From the NCBI GenBank assembly GCA_965203175.1, contig OZ241867.1:2688001-2752000 (forward strand): a stretch of 64,000 bases of DNA, given 5' to 3'. The number at the start of each line of letters is the position of its first letter. The stretch's first letter is position 1. The DNA is from Candidatus Latescibacterota bacterium (GTDB taxonomy: Bacteria; Latescibacterota; UBA2968; UBA8231). Shown one piece after another: positions 9,685 through 18,151 of the stretch. The translations under genes were made by a program, and so were the position numbers. The notes under the pieces were generated by a model that saw nothing but the letters and a program-made list of their open reading frames with translations, had not been told where the DNA came from and ran no database searches.

Positions 9685-11025
9685 ATGGCTGGAGAGACCA
9701 TTCTGATAATAGACGACGAGGTCACACAGCGCGAGGCTGTGGGCGGCTATTTGCGCAAGCGGGGTTTTGTGGTCTTACAGGCCGCTAACGGACGGGAGGG
9801 ATTGACCTTATTGCAGGACCAAGTGGTCGATCTGATCATCACGGATTTGCGGATGCCGGAGTTGGATGGGATGGGGGTGCTCGCTGCCGCCCGCGACATC
9901 AACCCCGCTATCGGGGTGGTGATGGCGACGGCTTTTGGAACGGTCGATGGGGCCGTTGACGCCATGCAGGGAGGGGCTTTCTACTACCTGCAAAAGCCGA
10001 TTGATCTCGATGTGCTCGACCGGATCGTCGATCGCGCCTTGGAGCAGCGGCACCGCATCTCGGAAAACGAACTCCTCCGCGAGCAGATCGGCGAGCGGGC
10101 GTCATTTGGCGGCATTATGGGCTGCTCTCCGGCCATAGAAGAGGCCCTCAATGTGGTGGCGCGGGCCGCGCCGAGCCGGGCGACTGTGCTGTTGCGCGGC
10201 GAGTCGGGCACTGGCAAGGAACTGATGGCGCGCGCAGTACACGAAGCCAGTCCCCGGGCCGCCCAACCCTTTGTGGCCGTCAACTGCGCTGCCCTCAACA
10301 AGGGCTTGATCGAGAGCGAGCTATTCGGGCACGAGAAGGGTGCCTTTACTGGGGCCGATGCCCGGCGCGCCGGGCGCTTTGAGCAGGCCGACGGCGGCAC
10401 CCTATTCCTCGACGAATTGGCCGAAATTCCCCTCGATGTGCAGGTCAAACTTTTGCGCGTCTTACAAGAACGCAAGATCGAGCGAGTCGGCAGCGGCGTT
10501 GAGATCGAGGTTGATGTGCGGCTGATCGGGGCGACGAATCGCGATTTGGAGGCGCTGGTCGCGCAAGGAGCGTTCCGCGAGGATTTGTTTTATCGGCTCA
10601 ACGTCGTCGCGGTGGAGTTGCCGCCGTTGCGACAGCGCAAGAGCGATATTCCGCTGCTCGTGGACCACTTTCTCGCCCGCTACGCCGAGGAAAATGGCAA
10701 GGCTATTGGCGAGGTTTCCAAAGAGGCGTTGGATCTGCTGACGCGCTACGCCTATCCCGGCAATGTGCGCGAGTTGCAAAACATCGTCGAGCGCGCAGTG
10801 GTCATGGCTCGCGGTCCGGTGGTGATGCGGGCGGACTTGCCGGTCGAAGTGCAAAAAGCATCCCCAGTTGCAGACACCTTGACCGCGCAAGTGGAGGAAT
10901 TGGAGAAGAAGGCCATTGCCCAGGCCTTGGAGCGGTCCGGTGGTGTTCAGAGTCGCGCCGCCGAACTGCTGGGGCTGACCGAGCGCAATCTGCGCTACAA
11001 GCTGAAGAAGTACGGGCTAAAGTAG
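9685..11025 (+). CDS. Sigma54-dependent response regulator (ZraR/AtoC-like)
   Basis: Receiver IIDDE / TDLRMP, GESGTGKE, GAFTGA, C-terminal HTH; ATG 1 nt after the kinase stop. Confidence 0.93.
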   Translation: MAGETILIIDDEVTQREAVGGYLRKRGFVVLQAANGREGLTLLQDQVVDLIITDLRMPELDGMGVLAAARDINPAIGVVMATAFGTVDGAVDAMQGGAFYYLQKPIDLDVLDRIVDRALEQRHRISENELLREQIGERASFGGIMGCSPAIEEALNVVARAAPSRATVLLRGESGTGKELMARAVHEASPRAAQPFVAVNCAALNKGLIESELFGHEKGAFTGADARRAGRFEQADGGTLFLDELAEIPLDVQVKLLRVLQERKIERVGSGVEIEVDVRLIGATNRDLEALVAQGAFREDLFYRLNVVAVELPPLRQRKSDIPLLVDHFLARYAEENGKAIGEVSKEALDLLTRYAYPGNVRELQNIVERAVVMARGPVVMRADLPVEVQKASPVADTLTAQVEELEKKAIAQALERSGGVQSRAAELLGLTERNLRYKLKKYGLK

Positions 11026-11027
11026 CT

Positions 11028-12188
11028 TCAGAAGCCGAATTGGATGCCGACGGAATACGCATGGGCGTCTGTGTCGTAGAAAGCGTCGTTGGACGCCACT
11101 GAGCGGTAGAGCCACTCCAATTCGAGGGCCATTTCTCGGAACGGGGTGCTGTCTAGGTAGAATGCGCGCGCTAGCCCCAAGCGCGCGGTGCGGCGCGTTT
11201 CAGTCGTGGATTCCCCCGTGAAAACTCCGGCGAGATCGTAGGCTGGCCTTTGGCCGTAGAGGCGACTTTCGCGATGGAAGGAGGCCGCTAGCTCGCAGTT
11301 TAACGGAGCCAAGTACTTCAGGGTAGCACTCCAGTGATCCCCGCTATAGCTGTAGCGGTCTTCAAAGAGTTCATCTGGATCGTACCAGTACGCCTTGGAT
11401 TGCGCCTTATAAAGTTCATCTGGATCGTACCAGTACGCCTTGGTCTTGTAAGGGTCGTCAAAGAGTTTGTTCGGGTCGTACCAGAACCAATCAGCATAGC
11501 GGCTCTGACCGGCGAGGATGCCTTGGTGGTGCCATGCTAGCTGCAACCCAAGGTTGGGACCAAGTGATTGAGCGGCTTTGAGGCGGATGCCCCATAGGAG
11601 TGGGTTGCGGCTGGGCTGGGCTGTTTCTTGTAAATAGGACTTAAGGCCCAACTCGCCGTTAAGCTGCAAAGTGGTGCGGCTGGGCAGGTAGTGGGTTAGC
11701 TGAGCATCGAGATGCTGTTCGCGGTAGCTGTAGTCAGCGGCGTTGAGAAAGTTTTGGTAGCTGAAGGTATAGTCTAGGCGAGTGATAAGCGCTGGGTGCA
11801 GATACGGTTCGAAGCTGGCGAAGGCTCGGCCAGCGGCAAAGTCGCGGTAGTCGTAGAGCGGGCGGTCCAAGCGCAGGCTCAGTGTGGTGCCGGCGAAGAA
11901 TAGACCCGCCGCGCCCAAGGGGCGCGCATAGCTTGCGCCAAAGCTGTGCAAATGGTTGAAGAGGTCGGCGTTTTTGCTGAATACGTTGGCGTTGCCCGAG
12001 TAGTACAAGCTCAAGTCTGTGTCGAACTGGTAGTCGAAGTCGATATAGGCCGACTGCATTAGATCGCCGCGCTGGCTGGCCGTGAGAAAAACATTGTCCG
12101 TATAGGTGGCATATAGGTCGGCGTTGAGGGCGACTTGGGCTTCAGCTACGGAAAGCAGCGCGACTAGATAGGCCGGTAGATATCTCAT
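11028..12188 (-). CDS. Putative outer-membrane beta-barrel protein with internal Trp/Tyr repeat
   Basis: Signal peptide, Y-x-DNVF near N-terminus, alternating beta-strand pattern, C-terminal YSVGIQFGF. Confidence 0.7.
   Translation of the reverse strand: MRYLPAYLVALLSVAEAQVALNADLYATYTDNVFLTASQRGDLMQSAYIDFDYQFDTDLSLYYSGNANVFSKNADLFNHLHSFGASYARPLGAAGLFFAGTTLSLRLDRPLYDYRDFAAGRAFASFEPYLHPALITRLDYTFSYQNFLNAADYSYREQHLDAQLTHYLPSRTTLQLNGELGLKSYLQETAQPSRNPLLWGIRLKAAQSLGPNLGLQLAWHHQGILAGQSRYADWFWYDPNKLFDDPYKTKAYWYDPDELYKAQSKAYWYDPDELFEDRYSYSGDHWSATLKYLAPLNCELAASFHRESRLYGQRPAYDLAGVFTGESTTETRRTARLGLARAFYLDSTPFREMALELEWLYRSVASNDAFYDTDAHAYSVGIQFGF
11368..11489. repeat. Intragenic tandem repeat encoding (A)YWYDPDEL-type unit x3
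   Basis: Identical 31-mer at 11368-11398 and 11413-11443 (45-bp period); degenerate third copy at 11461-11489. Confidence 0.9.
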
Positions 12189-12886
12189 TTGCCCCCCTTT
12201 TTCTTGGGCTGTTTGGGATCGCCTTTTTTGAGATGCGGCGGCACGCGGCGGCGTTTGAGGCGTTTTTTGGTGAGGTCTTGTACGCGCTCGTCCGGGTGCC
12301 TCAGGAGGCGGCGCAACAGGCGGGCGTCGTCGATGCCGTCGCCGTCCTCGTCCAAGAAGAAGTCCATCCGCCGTTTTTGAGCGTGCAGTCGCTGGTGCAG
12401 CCGCTTGAGCGGGTCGTGCATGCCGTCGCCATCGGCGTCGCGGAATTGCTTGACTTGGTGCCGGCGCTCTTCAAAGACGCGGCCAAAGCGATAGCCCAGC
12501 AGCCCGTGCGGGCCGTACTTTGCACCGGTGATGTCGTTTAAGCGGTCGCCATTGAAATCGACGACATTGTCGATGAAGCCGTCGTCGTCCGCGTCGCGGA
12601 AGCGGCCGTCGAGGTCGTTTACGCCGTCGCCGTCTTGGTCGCGGAAGCGGTCGTTTACGCCGTCTTCGTCTTTGTCTAAAAAGGGGAAGTGGTGGGGATA
12701 AGGCTGGCCGTTGAGGTCGTTTACGCCGTCGCCGTCTTGGTCGCGGAAGCGGTCGTTTACGCCGTCGCGGTCGGCATCGACATAGCCGACAATGGGCGCA
12801 GGGGACGCAGCCTCCTCTGGCGGCCCAGGTTGGGCGTGAACGGAACAGGCCAGCAGGGCGCTGGCGACGATAGCGATAACGACCAT
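12185..12886 (-). CDS. Secreted DxDxDG-repeat (putative Ca-binding) protein with basic tail
   Basis: Signal peptide; about 8 DxDxDG-type units; identical 54-bp repeat at 12611-12664 and 12713-12766; Lys/Arg-rich C-terminus. Confidence 0.8.
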   Translation of the reverse strand: MVVIAIVASALLACSVHAQPGPPEEAASPAPIVGYVDADRDGVNDRFRDQDGDGVNDLNGQPYPHHFPFLDKDEDGVNDRFRDQDGDGVNDLDGRFRDADDDGFIDNVVDFNGDRLNDITGAKYGPHGLLGYRFGRVFEERRHQVKQFRDADGDGMHDPLKRLHQRLHAQKRRMDFFLDEDGDGIDDARLLRRLLRHPDERVQDLTKKRLKRRRVPPHLKKGDPKQPKKKGGK

Positions 12887-12903
12887 GTTTTTCTCAAAAG
12901 ATG

Positions 12904-12935
12904 CAGTAGGGGCGACCGGCCGGTCGCCCCTACTG
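12904..12935. repeat. GTAG-type REP-like perfect palindrome
   Basis: CAGTAGGGGCGACCGGCCGGTCGCCCCTACTG is a 32-bp perfect palindrome in an intergenic gap. Confidence 0.8.
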
Positions 12936-12938
12936 GGA

Positions 12939-13682
12939 TTACTGGCCGAAGGAGTCCTTGACGCGGCCCCAACTCGTCTGCTCGACGGCTGCAGCTTTGC
13001 CCGCAGCCGCTGTCTCGGTCGTCTCGGTTTCTTCTTCGCTGTTCTTCGAATGGCAGCCGCGATTGGCCTTTAGGTCTTCGAGAGTTGCAAGCTGATCAGC
13101 GGTCAGAATGGCCTCAAAATCGGTGCTGAATTCTTCGCGCAGGGCTTGCCACCCCTCTTTGAGGTCCTCTCTGAGTTCCTCGATCTGCTCTTGCTGGTCT
13201 TCGGTCAAGCCGAGTTGCTCGGCGAGTGAGTCCTTGTGTCCGCCGCGATTGGCCTTTAGTTCTTCGAGGGTTTCGCTCTGCTCGTCGGTCAGGATGTCCT
13301 CAAGGCTGGAGAGGAACTCTTCTTTGGTCAGGTCCTGGTCTTTGAGAGCTTGGATTTGCGTCTGCTGGTCTTCGGTCAGGCCGAGCGGGTTCCTGATTTC
13401 TTCGAGGGTTTCGAGCTGTTCGTCAGTTAGGATGGCCTCAACGTCGGTCCAGTACTCTTTGCGGAGGGCCTGCTTCTGCTCGTGTAGGGTGTCTTTGAGT
13501 GTTTGGATTTGCGTCTGCTGGTCTTCGCTCAGGCCGAGTTGCTCAATCAATGAGCCTTTGTGCCCGCTTTTCTTGCCGTACCCGTGGAATCCCCGCTTGC
13601 CTCCCCAGCCTTTTGCCGAGGTGTCCATAGCCGCCGCGGCCACCAGAAGCAGCGCGGCTGCGATGACCCATGTTGTCTTCAT
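12939..13682 (-). CDS. Spy/CpxP/ZraP-like periplasmic protein with repeated LGLTEDQQ / ILTDEQ units
   Basis: Signal peptide, Gly/His/Lys-rich segment, three LGL(S/T)EDQQ and three ILT(D/A)(E/D)Q motifs, C-terminal AVEQTSWGRVK. Confidence 0.8.
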   Translation of the reverse strand: MKTTWVIAAALLLVAAAAMDTSAKGWGGKRGFHGYGKKSGHKGSLIEQLGLSEDQQTQIQTLKDTLHEQKQALRKEYWTDVEAILTDEQLETLEEIRNPLGLTEDQQTQIQALKDQDLTKEEFLSSLEDILTDEQSETLEELKANRGGHKDSLAEQLGLTEDQQEQIEELREDLKEGWQALREEFSTDFEAILTADQLATLEDLKANRGCHSKNSEEETETTETAAAGKAAAVEQTSWGRVKDSFGQ

Positions 13683-13748
13683 GATGCTCCTCCTTGCATG
13701 GGATGAGTGTGATGCTCAACGTGCATTGTCGAGTCGCACTGTGTTAGA

Positions 13749-13763
13749 GCAACATGTGTGCCA
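13749..13763 (-). promoter_or_regulatory. Sigma54 -24/-12 promoter of the Spy-like operon
   Basis: TGGCAC-ACATG-TTGC, consensus match about 67 bp upstream of the ATG. Confidence 0.88.
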
Positions 13764-13849
13764 CGTTGGAAAATTTTTTGCAAAATGCGGTTTTACAGTG
13801 GGCAAAACCTCGCGTCGTTGTAAAGATGTCCAAGACTCGGTGCGACAGG

Positions 13850-13956
13850 TTCGACCAAATGGTCGAAGCAGGTATTTCTTAATGTAACGCAACATTTTGT
13901 TTCTATTTTATTTATAACGCATTCGTCCAAAGTCAGAAATTCGACCAAATGGTCGC
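13850..13956. promoter_or_regulatory. Two putative enhancer (UAS) palindromes
   Basis: TTCGACCAAATGGTCGAA at 13850-13867 and TTCGACCAAATGGTCGC at 13940-13956, AT-rich tract between. Confidence 0.75.
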
Positions 13957-13980
13957 TAGCTAGACAAAGCCCGCTAAACC

Positions 13981-15375
13981 TTATCCGCGTCCGAACACCT
14001 TCGCCGGCAGATACGTAGCCAGTTCCGGCACGAACCACAGCCCCGCTAACAGCAGCACCTGAATCGCGATAAAGGGCACGACTCCTCGGTAGATTTGCGG
14101 CGTGCTGATTTCAGGGGGAGCGACGCCGCGCAAGTAAAAGAGCGAGAAGCCAAACGGGGGCGTGAGAAAAGAGGTTTGCAAGTTCAGGGCGATCATCACG
14201 CCCAACCACACGGGATCCAAGCCCATAGTCAAGAGGATCGGGCCGACGATGGGGACGACGACGAAGATGATCTCGAAAAAGTCGAGAAAAAAGCCGAGCA
14301 AAAACATCACGGCCATCACTAACGCGAAAGAGCCGAGCACGCCGCCGGTTGCCTCATGGGTCAGAAAGGCCTCGACTGCTTCGTCGCCTCCGTAGCCGCG
14401 AAAGACCAGCGAAAACACGCTCGCGCCAATGAGTATGATGAAGACCATGGCGTTGATCTCGGTGGTGGTGCGCATGACTTCTTTGAGCGCGGTGCGGTTG
14501 AAGTGCCCTTTGGCCAGCGACAAGAGCATGGCACCAACCGCGCCGACCGAAGCCGCCTCGGTCGGCGTGGCCACTCCGAAGAGGATAGAGCCGAGCACTC
14601 CACAGATGAGGACTAGGGGCGGGACGAGGGCCGCGCCGAGGCGGCGGAGGAAGGCCGCACTGAGAATTTGTGCGCGCTCTTCGGCTGGCACAGCCGGCAC
14701 GGTAGCAGGCTTGAGGAGGCCGAGGCCGATTATATAGAGAATATAGAGGCCCATCAGCACGAAGCCGGGCACGACCGCGCCCATAAAGAGGTCGCCAACC
14801 GACACGGAGACCGGGGCGAAATTGCCCATTTTGAGTTGTGCTTGTTGGTACGCCGAGGAGACCACGTCGCCGAGGATGACCAACACAATGCTGGGCGGGA
14901 TGATCTGGCCCAGCGTCCCCGAAGCGCAGATGATGCCGGTGGAAACCGCTGGGGAGTACGCGCGTTTGAGCATGGCCGGCAGCGAGATGAGTCCCATGGT
15001 GACGACCGTCGCGCCGACGATGCCGGTGGAAGCCGCCAACAGACCTCCGACGAGGCAAACCGAAATCCCCAGTCCGCCGCACAAGCTGCCGCAGAGCTGG
15101 GCCATGGTTTCGAGTAGGTCCTCGGCGATTTTCGAACGCTCTAGCACGACTCCCATAAAGACGAACAGCGGCACGGCCATCAGGGTCTCGTTGGACATGA
15201 TGCCGTAGATGCGGGCCGGCAAAGCCGAGAGAAAGGCCGCGTCAAAGTCTCCGGTGAGGACGCCGAGGCCGGCAAAGCCAAGGGCCGTACCCGCGAGGCA
15301 AAAGGCCACTGGGAAACCGGATAGCAGCACCGCGAAGGTGCAGAAGAACATGGCCAGCGGCGCGAATTCGCTCAT
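13981..15375 (-). CDS. dctM: TRAP transporter large permease (DctM family)
   Basis: AVPLFVFMG, GTLGQIIPPS, TPTEAASVG, LTPPFG; start overlaps dctQ stop (ATGA). Confidence 0.93.
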   Translation of the reverse strand: MSEFAPLAMFFCTFAVLLSGFPVAFCLAGTALGFAGLGVLTGDFDAAFLSALPARIYGIMSNETLMAVPLFVFMGVVLERSKIAEDLLETMAQLCGSLCGGLGISVCLVGGLLAASTGIVGATVVTMGLISLPAMLKRAYSPAVSTGIICASGTLGQIIPPSIVLVILGDVVSSAYQQAQLKMGNFAPVSVSVGDLFMGAVVPGFVLMGLYILYIIGLGLLKPATVPAVPAEERAQILSAAFLRRLGAALVPPLVLICGVLGSILFGVATPTEAASVGAVGAMLLSLAKGHFNRTALKEVMRTTTEINAMVFIILIGASVFSLVFRGYGGDEAVEAFLTHEATGGVLGSFALVMAVMFLLGFFLDFFEIIFVVVPIVGPILLTMGLDPVWLGVMIALNLQTSFLTPPFGFSLFYLRGVAPPEISTPQIYRGVVPFIAIQVLLLAGLWFVPELATYLPAKVFGRG

Positions 15376-15863
15376 TGGGTGCGGAGGGTTTGCACGCTGT
15401 GGCGAATGATGGCTAGGGCTTGCAAGAACAGCAGCACAAAGCACAGGGGAATGGCGGTTTTGAGCAGATAGACTGCCTCCAGGCCGCCGCCGTCTTGGGA
15501 GCCTTCGAACACAGCCCAAGAGTCGGCGACAAAAGGCAGCGACTGGTAGAACAGCACTGCGCAGCAGGGAATCAGCAGCAGTGCGCTACCCAAGAGATTG
15601 ACTAGGGCCTTGCGCCGGTCGTCCATGGGCCGGTAGAGGATATCGACGCGGACGTGCGCGTCGCGCGAGAGGGTGTAACTGGCTGCGAGGAGGAAGGTAA
15701 AGGCGTGCATGTACAGGGCTATTTCCTGCATCCAGACCCAGCCGCGTTCAAAGAGGTAACGCAAGATTACGATGACAAAAGTCACCAAGACCATGCCCAG
15801 CGTCAGCCAAGGCACGGTGTGGACGATGAAGCGATTGAGGCGTTCCATGCGGGCGCTAGCCAA
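15372..15863 (-). CDS. dctQ: TRAP transporter small permease (DctQ family)
   Basis: Four TM segments, HVRVDILY. Confidence 0.9.
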   Translation of the reverse strand: MASARMERLNRFIVHTVPWLTLGMVLVTFVIVILRYLFERGWVWMQEIALYMHAFTFLLAASYTLSRDAHVRVDILYRPMDDRRKALVNLLGSALLLIPCCAVLFYQSLPFVADSWAVFEGSQDGGGLEAVYLLKTAIPLCFVLLFLQALAIIRHSVQTLRTQ

Positions 15864-16980
15864 ACGTCAGAGCGCGGGCTTGGGTATAGGCTTCCTCGGA
15901 GATGCGCGTGTACGCGATGGAGTTTTTGCGGAAGGCGTCAAACGAACCATAGACCCGGCTGGAAAAGGGGTCTTGGCCCGCGATCTCGGCGACGACTTCG
16001 GCGGACACTTTGCCGATTTGGGCCAAGAGCTCGTCGGAAAAGCGCCGGAGCTGGACGCCGTGTTCGTCAACGAGCGTCTTGAGGGCTTGGCTGTTGCGCG
16101 CGGTGAACTCGCTGAGCATGTCGTCGTTGGCTGCTTGGCAGGCGTACTCGACGACGGCTTGGAGGTCTGCAGGAAGGGCTTCCAAGGCCTGTTTGTTGAC
16201 CATGCACTCTAGCGCGGTCCCCGGCTCGTGCCAGCCCGGCCAGTAGTAGTATTGGGCGGCTTGGTGCAACCCAAAGGCGAGATCGTTGTACGGGCCAACC
16301 CATTCAGTGGCGTCGATGGCACCGGTCTTGAGGGCTTGGAAGATCTCGCCGCCGGGCAGGGCTTTGACCGTGACTTCGAGGCGGCGCAGGACCTCGCCGC
16401 CCAAGCCCGGCATCCGCATGACCAAACCGGAAAAGTCGGCTAGGGTGTTGATTTCTCGGTTGAACCAACCGCCCATCTGCACGCCTGTGTTGCCGACGGG
16501 AAAGGCCCGAAGGTTGAAGGGGGCGTAGAGCTCGTCCCACAGGGCTTGGCCGCCGCCGTAGCGCAGCCAGCCGTTGATCTCGGCTGCGTTTAGTCCAAAG
16601 GGAACGGCCGAGAAAAACTGGGTCGCCTCGTGCTTGCCCTTCCAGTAGTAAGCGGCTCCGTGCCCCATCTCGGCGGTGCCGCCGGAGACCGCGTCGAAGA
16701 CGCCCGAGGCTGGCACCAATTCCCCTGCGCCGTACACCTTGACGTGTAGGCGTCCATCGGACAGGGCCTCAATGCTATGGGCGAGATTGTTAGCTCCAGT
16801 GCCCAAGGCTGGAAAGTCCTTGGGCCAAGTGGTGACCATCTTCCACTTGAAATGCTGTTGGGATTGGACCGCAGGGGCCGCTTGCTGTTCGGCTTGGCCA
16901 CAGGCGGCCAAGCCGCCGGCCGCTAGTAATGGAGCGCTTTGCAGGAAGGAGCGGCGCGAGCGTTGTGCGGAATCGTGCAT
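15856..16980 (-). CDS. dctP: TRAP substrate-binding protein (DctP/TakP-like), Tat lipoprotein
   Basis: SRRSFL Tat motif, LAAC lipobox, WKMVTTWPK, QMGGWF, DATEWVGP, WHEPG. Confidence 0.92.
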   Translation of the reverse strand: MHDSAQRSRRSFLQSAPLLAAGGLAACGQAEQQAAPAVQSQQHFKWKMVTTWPKDFPALGTGANNLAHSIEALSDGRLHVKVYGAGELVPASGVFDAVSGGTAEMGHGAAYYWKGKHEATQFFSAVPFGLNAAEINGWLRYGGGQALWDELYAPFNLRAFPVGNTGVQMGGWFNREINTLADFSGLVMRMPGLGGEVLRRLEVTVKALPGGEIFQALKTGAIDATEWVGPYNDLAFGLHQAAQYYYWPGWHEPGTALECMVNKQALEALPADLQAVVEYACQAANDDMLSEFTARNSQALKTLVDEHGVQLRRFSDELLAQIGKVSAEVVAEIAGQDPFSSRVYGSFDAFRKNSIAYTRISEEAYTQARALTFG

Positions 16981-16986
16981 GGAACC

Positions 16987-17667
16987 TCAGCTTTTGTTGA
17001 TCAGATGACAGGAGCCGTCGTCTTGGCCGACGATCACGAGATGGGTCATTGCGAGGAAAAGGCCGTTTTCCACGACCCCGGGCAAGGCATTGAGCCAGTG
17101 CTCGGTGGCGCGGACATCGTCGATCCCTGCGGGGAAACGAGCGTCGATGACGTAGTTGCCGTTGTCAGTGACATACGGGGTGTCCGGGGTCTGCAAGCGC
17201 AAGGCTGGGACGAGGCCCCGCTCTTCGAGACGCCGGGCGATGAGGGGATGGGACCAAGGGATGACCTCGACCGGCAGCGGGGACTTGGTGCCGAGCTGAT
17301 CGACTAGCTTGGATGGATCGGCGACAATGATTTGGTGTGTAGTGATGGAGGCGACGATTTTCTCGCGCAGGAGCGCGCCGCCTAGGCCTTTGATTAAGTC
17401 GAGGTTAGGATCGACCTCGTCAGCCCCGTCGATAGTCAAATCGACGCTGGACACCTCGGCGAGCGTTGTCAGTTCGATGCCGAGGGAGCGGGCCAAGGCG
17501 GCCGAGGCTTCCGAGGTGGGGATAGCCTTGACTGCCAGCCCGGCCGCGACGAGCTCCCCGAGGGCGCGGATGGCCCACTCAGTGGTTGAGCCAGTGCCCA
17601 ATCCCACGATCATACCAGCTTTGATGTACTCGGCGGCGCGACGGCCGGCGGCTTCTTTCGGCGTCAT
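16987..17667 (-). CDS. rpiA: Ribose-5-phosphate isomerase A
   Basis: GLGTGST, DGADE, KGLGGALLREK, TDNGN. Confidence 0.96.
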   Translation of the reverse strand: MTPKEAAGRRAAEYIKAGMIVGLGTGSTTEWAIRALGELVAAGLAVKAIPTSEASAALARSLGIELTTLAEVSSVDLTIDGADEVDPNLDLIKGLGGALLREKIVASITTHQIIVADPSKLVDQLGTKSPLPVEVIPWSHPLIARRLEERGLVPALRLQTPDTPYVTDNGNYVIDARFPAGIDDVRATEHWLNALPGVVENGLFLAMTHLVIVGQDDGSCHLINKS

Positions 17668-17679
17668 GTCGTTACCAAT

Positions 17680-18147
17680 TTAGAGGCGCGTGCAATAGTG
17701 GATCTGGCGGGCGACTTCCTCAAAGCCAAGGCTGGGATACAAGTGTGCGCCGACGGGGTTTTGCGCCAGCGTCTCTATCTTGGCGCACTCCATGCCTGCG
17801 GCGCGCAGGTGCGCTAAGCCGTGTTCCAGCAATTGGCGACCCACGCCCTTGCCTTGACAATGCGGCAGGACGGCGAGGTTGGGAATCCCGCCGATTTTGC
17901 TCTCGCGGTCGATGCGGGTGGTGATGTAGCCGACGACCTCGCCGTCTTCCTCCCACACAAAGACGCCGCTTGCTCGCTCGCCGGCTACGTCGTCGTCGAT
18001 GTGGCGCAGCTTGCGAAATTGCCAGTCGCGTTCGCCGATTAGTCCGAAGCGCTGCTCGATGTTGTGGTCGATGGATACCCCTGGGAAGCAGACGGCCGTG
18101 ATGTGCTTGAGCGCGGGCAAGTCCTCTGGGCGATAGGGGCGAATCAC
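17680..18147 (-). CDS. GNAT N-acetyltransferase
   Basis: LAVLPHCQGKGVGRQLL acetyl-CoA motif; LYPSLGF. Confidence 0.88.
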   Translation of the reverse strand: MIRPYRPEDLPALKHITAVCFPGVSIDHNIEQRFGLIGERDWQFRKLRHIDDDVAGERASGVFVWEEDGEVVGYITTRIDRESKIGGIPNLAVLPHCQGKGVGRQLLEHGLAHLRAAGMECAKIETLAQNPVGAHLYPSLGFEEVARQIHYCTRL

Positions 18148-18151
18148 AGAG

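Noticed and set aside
11368-12766. Direct repeats as a CRISPR array
   Set aside because: In-frame coding repeats, 2-3 copies, no spacer series or cas genes
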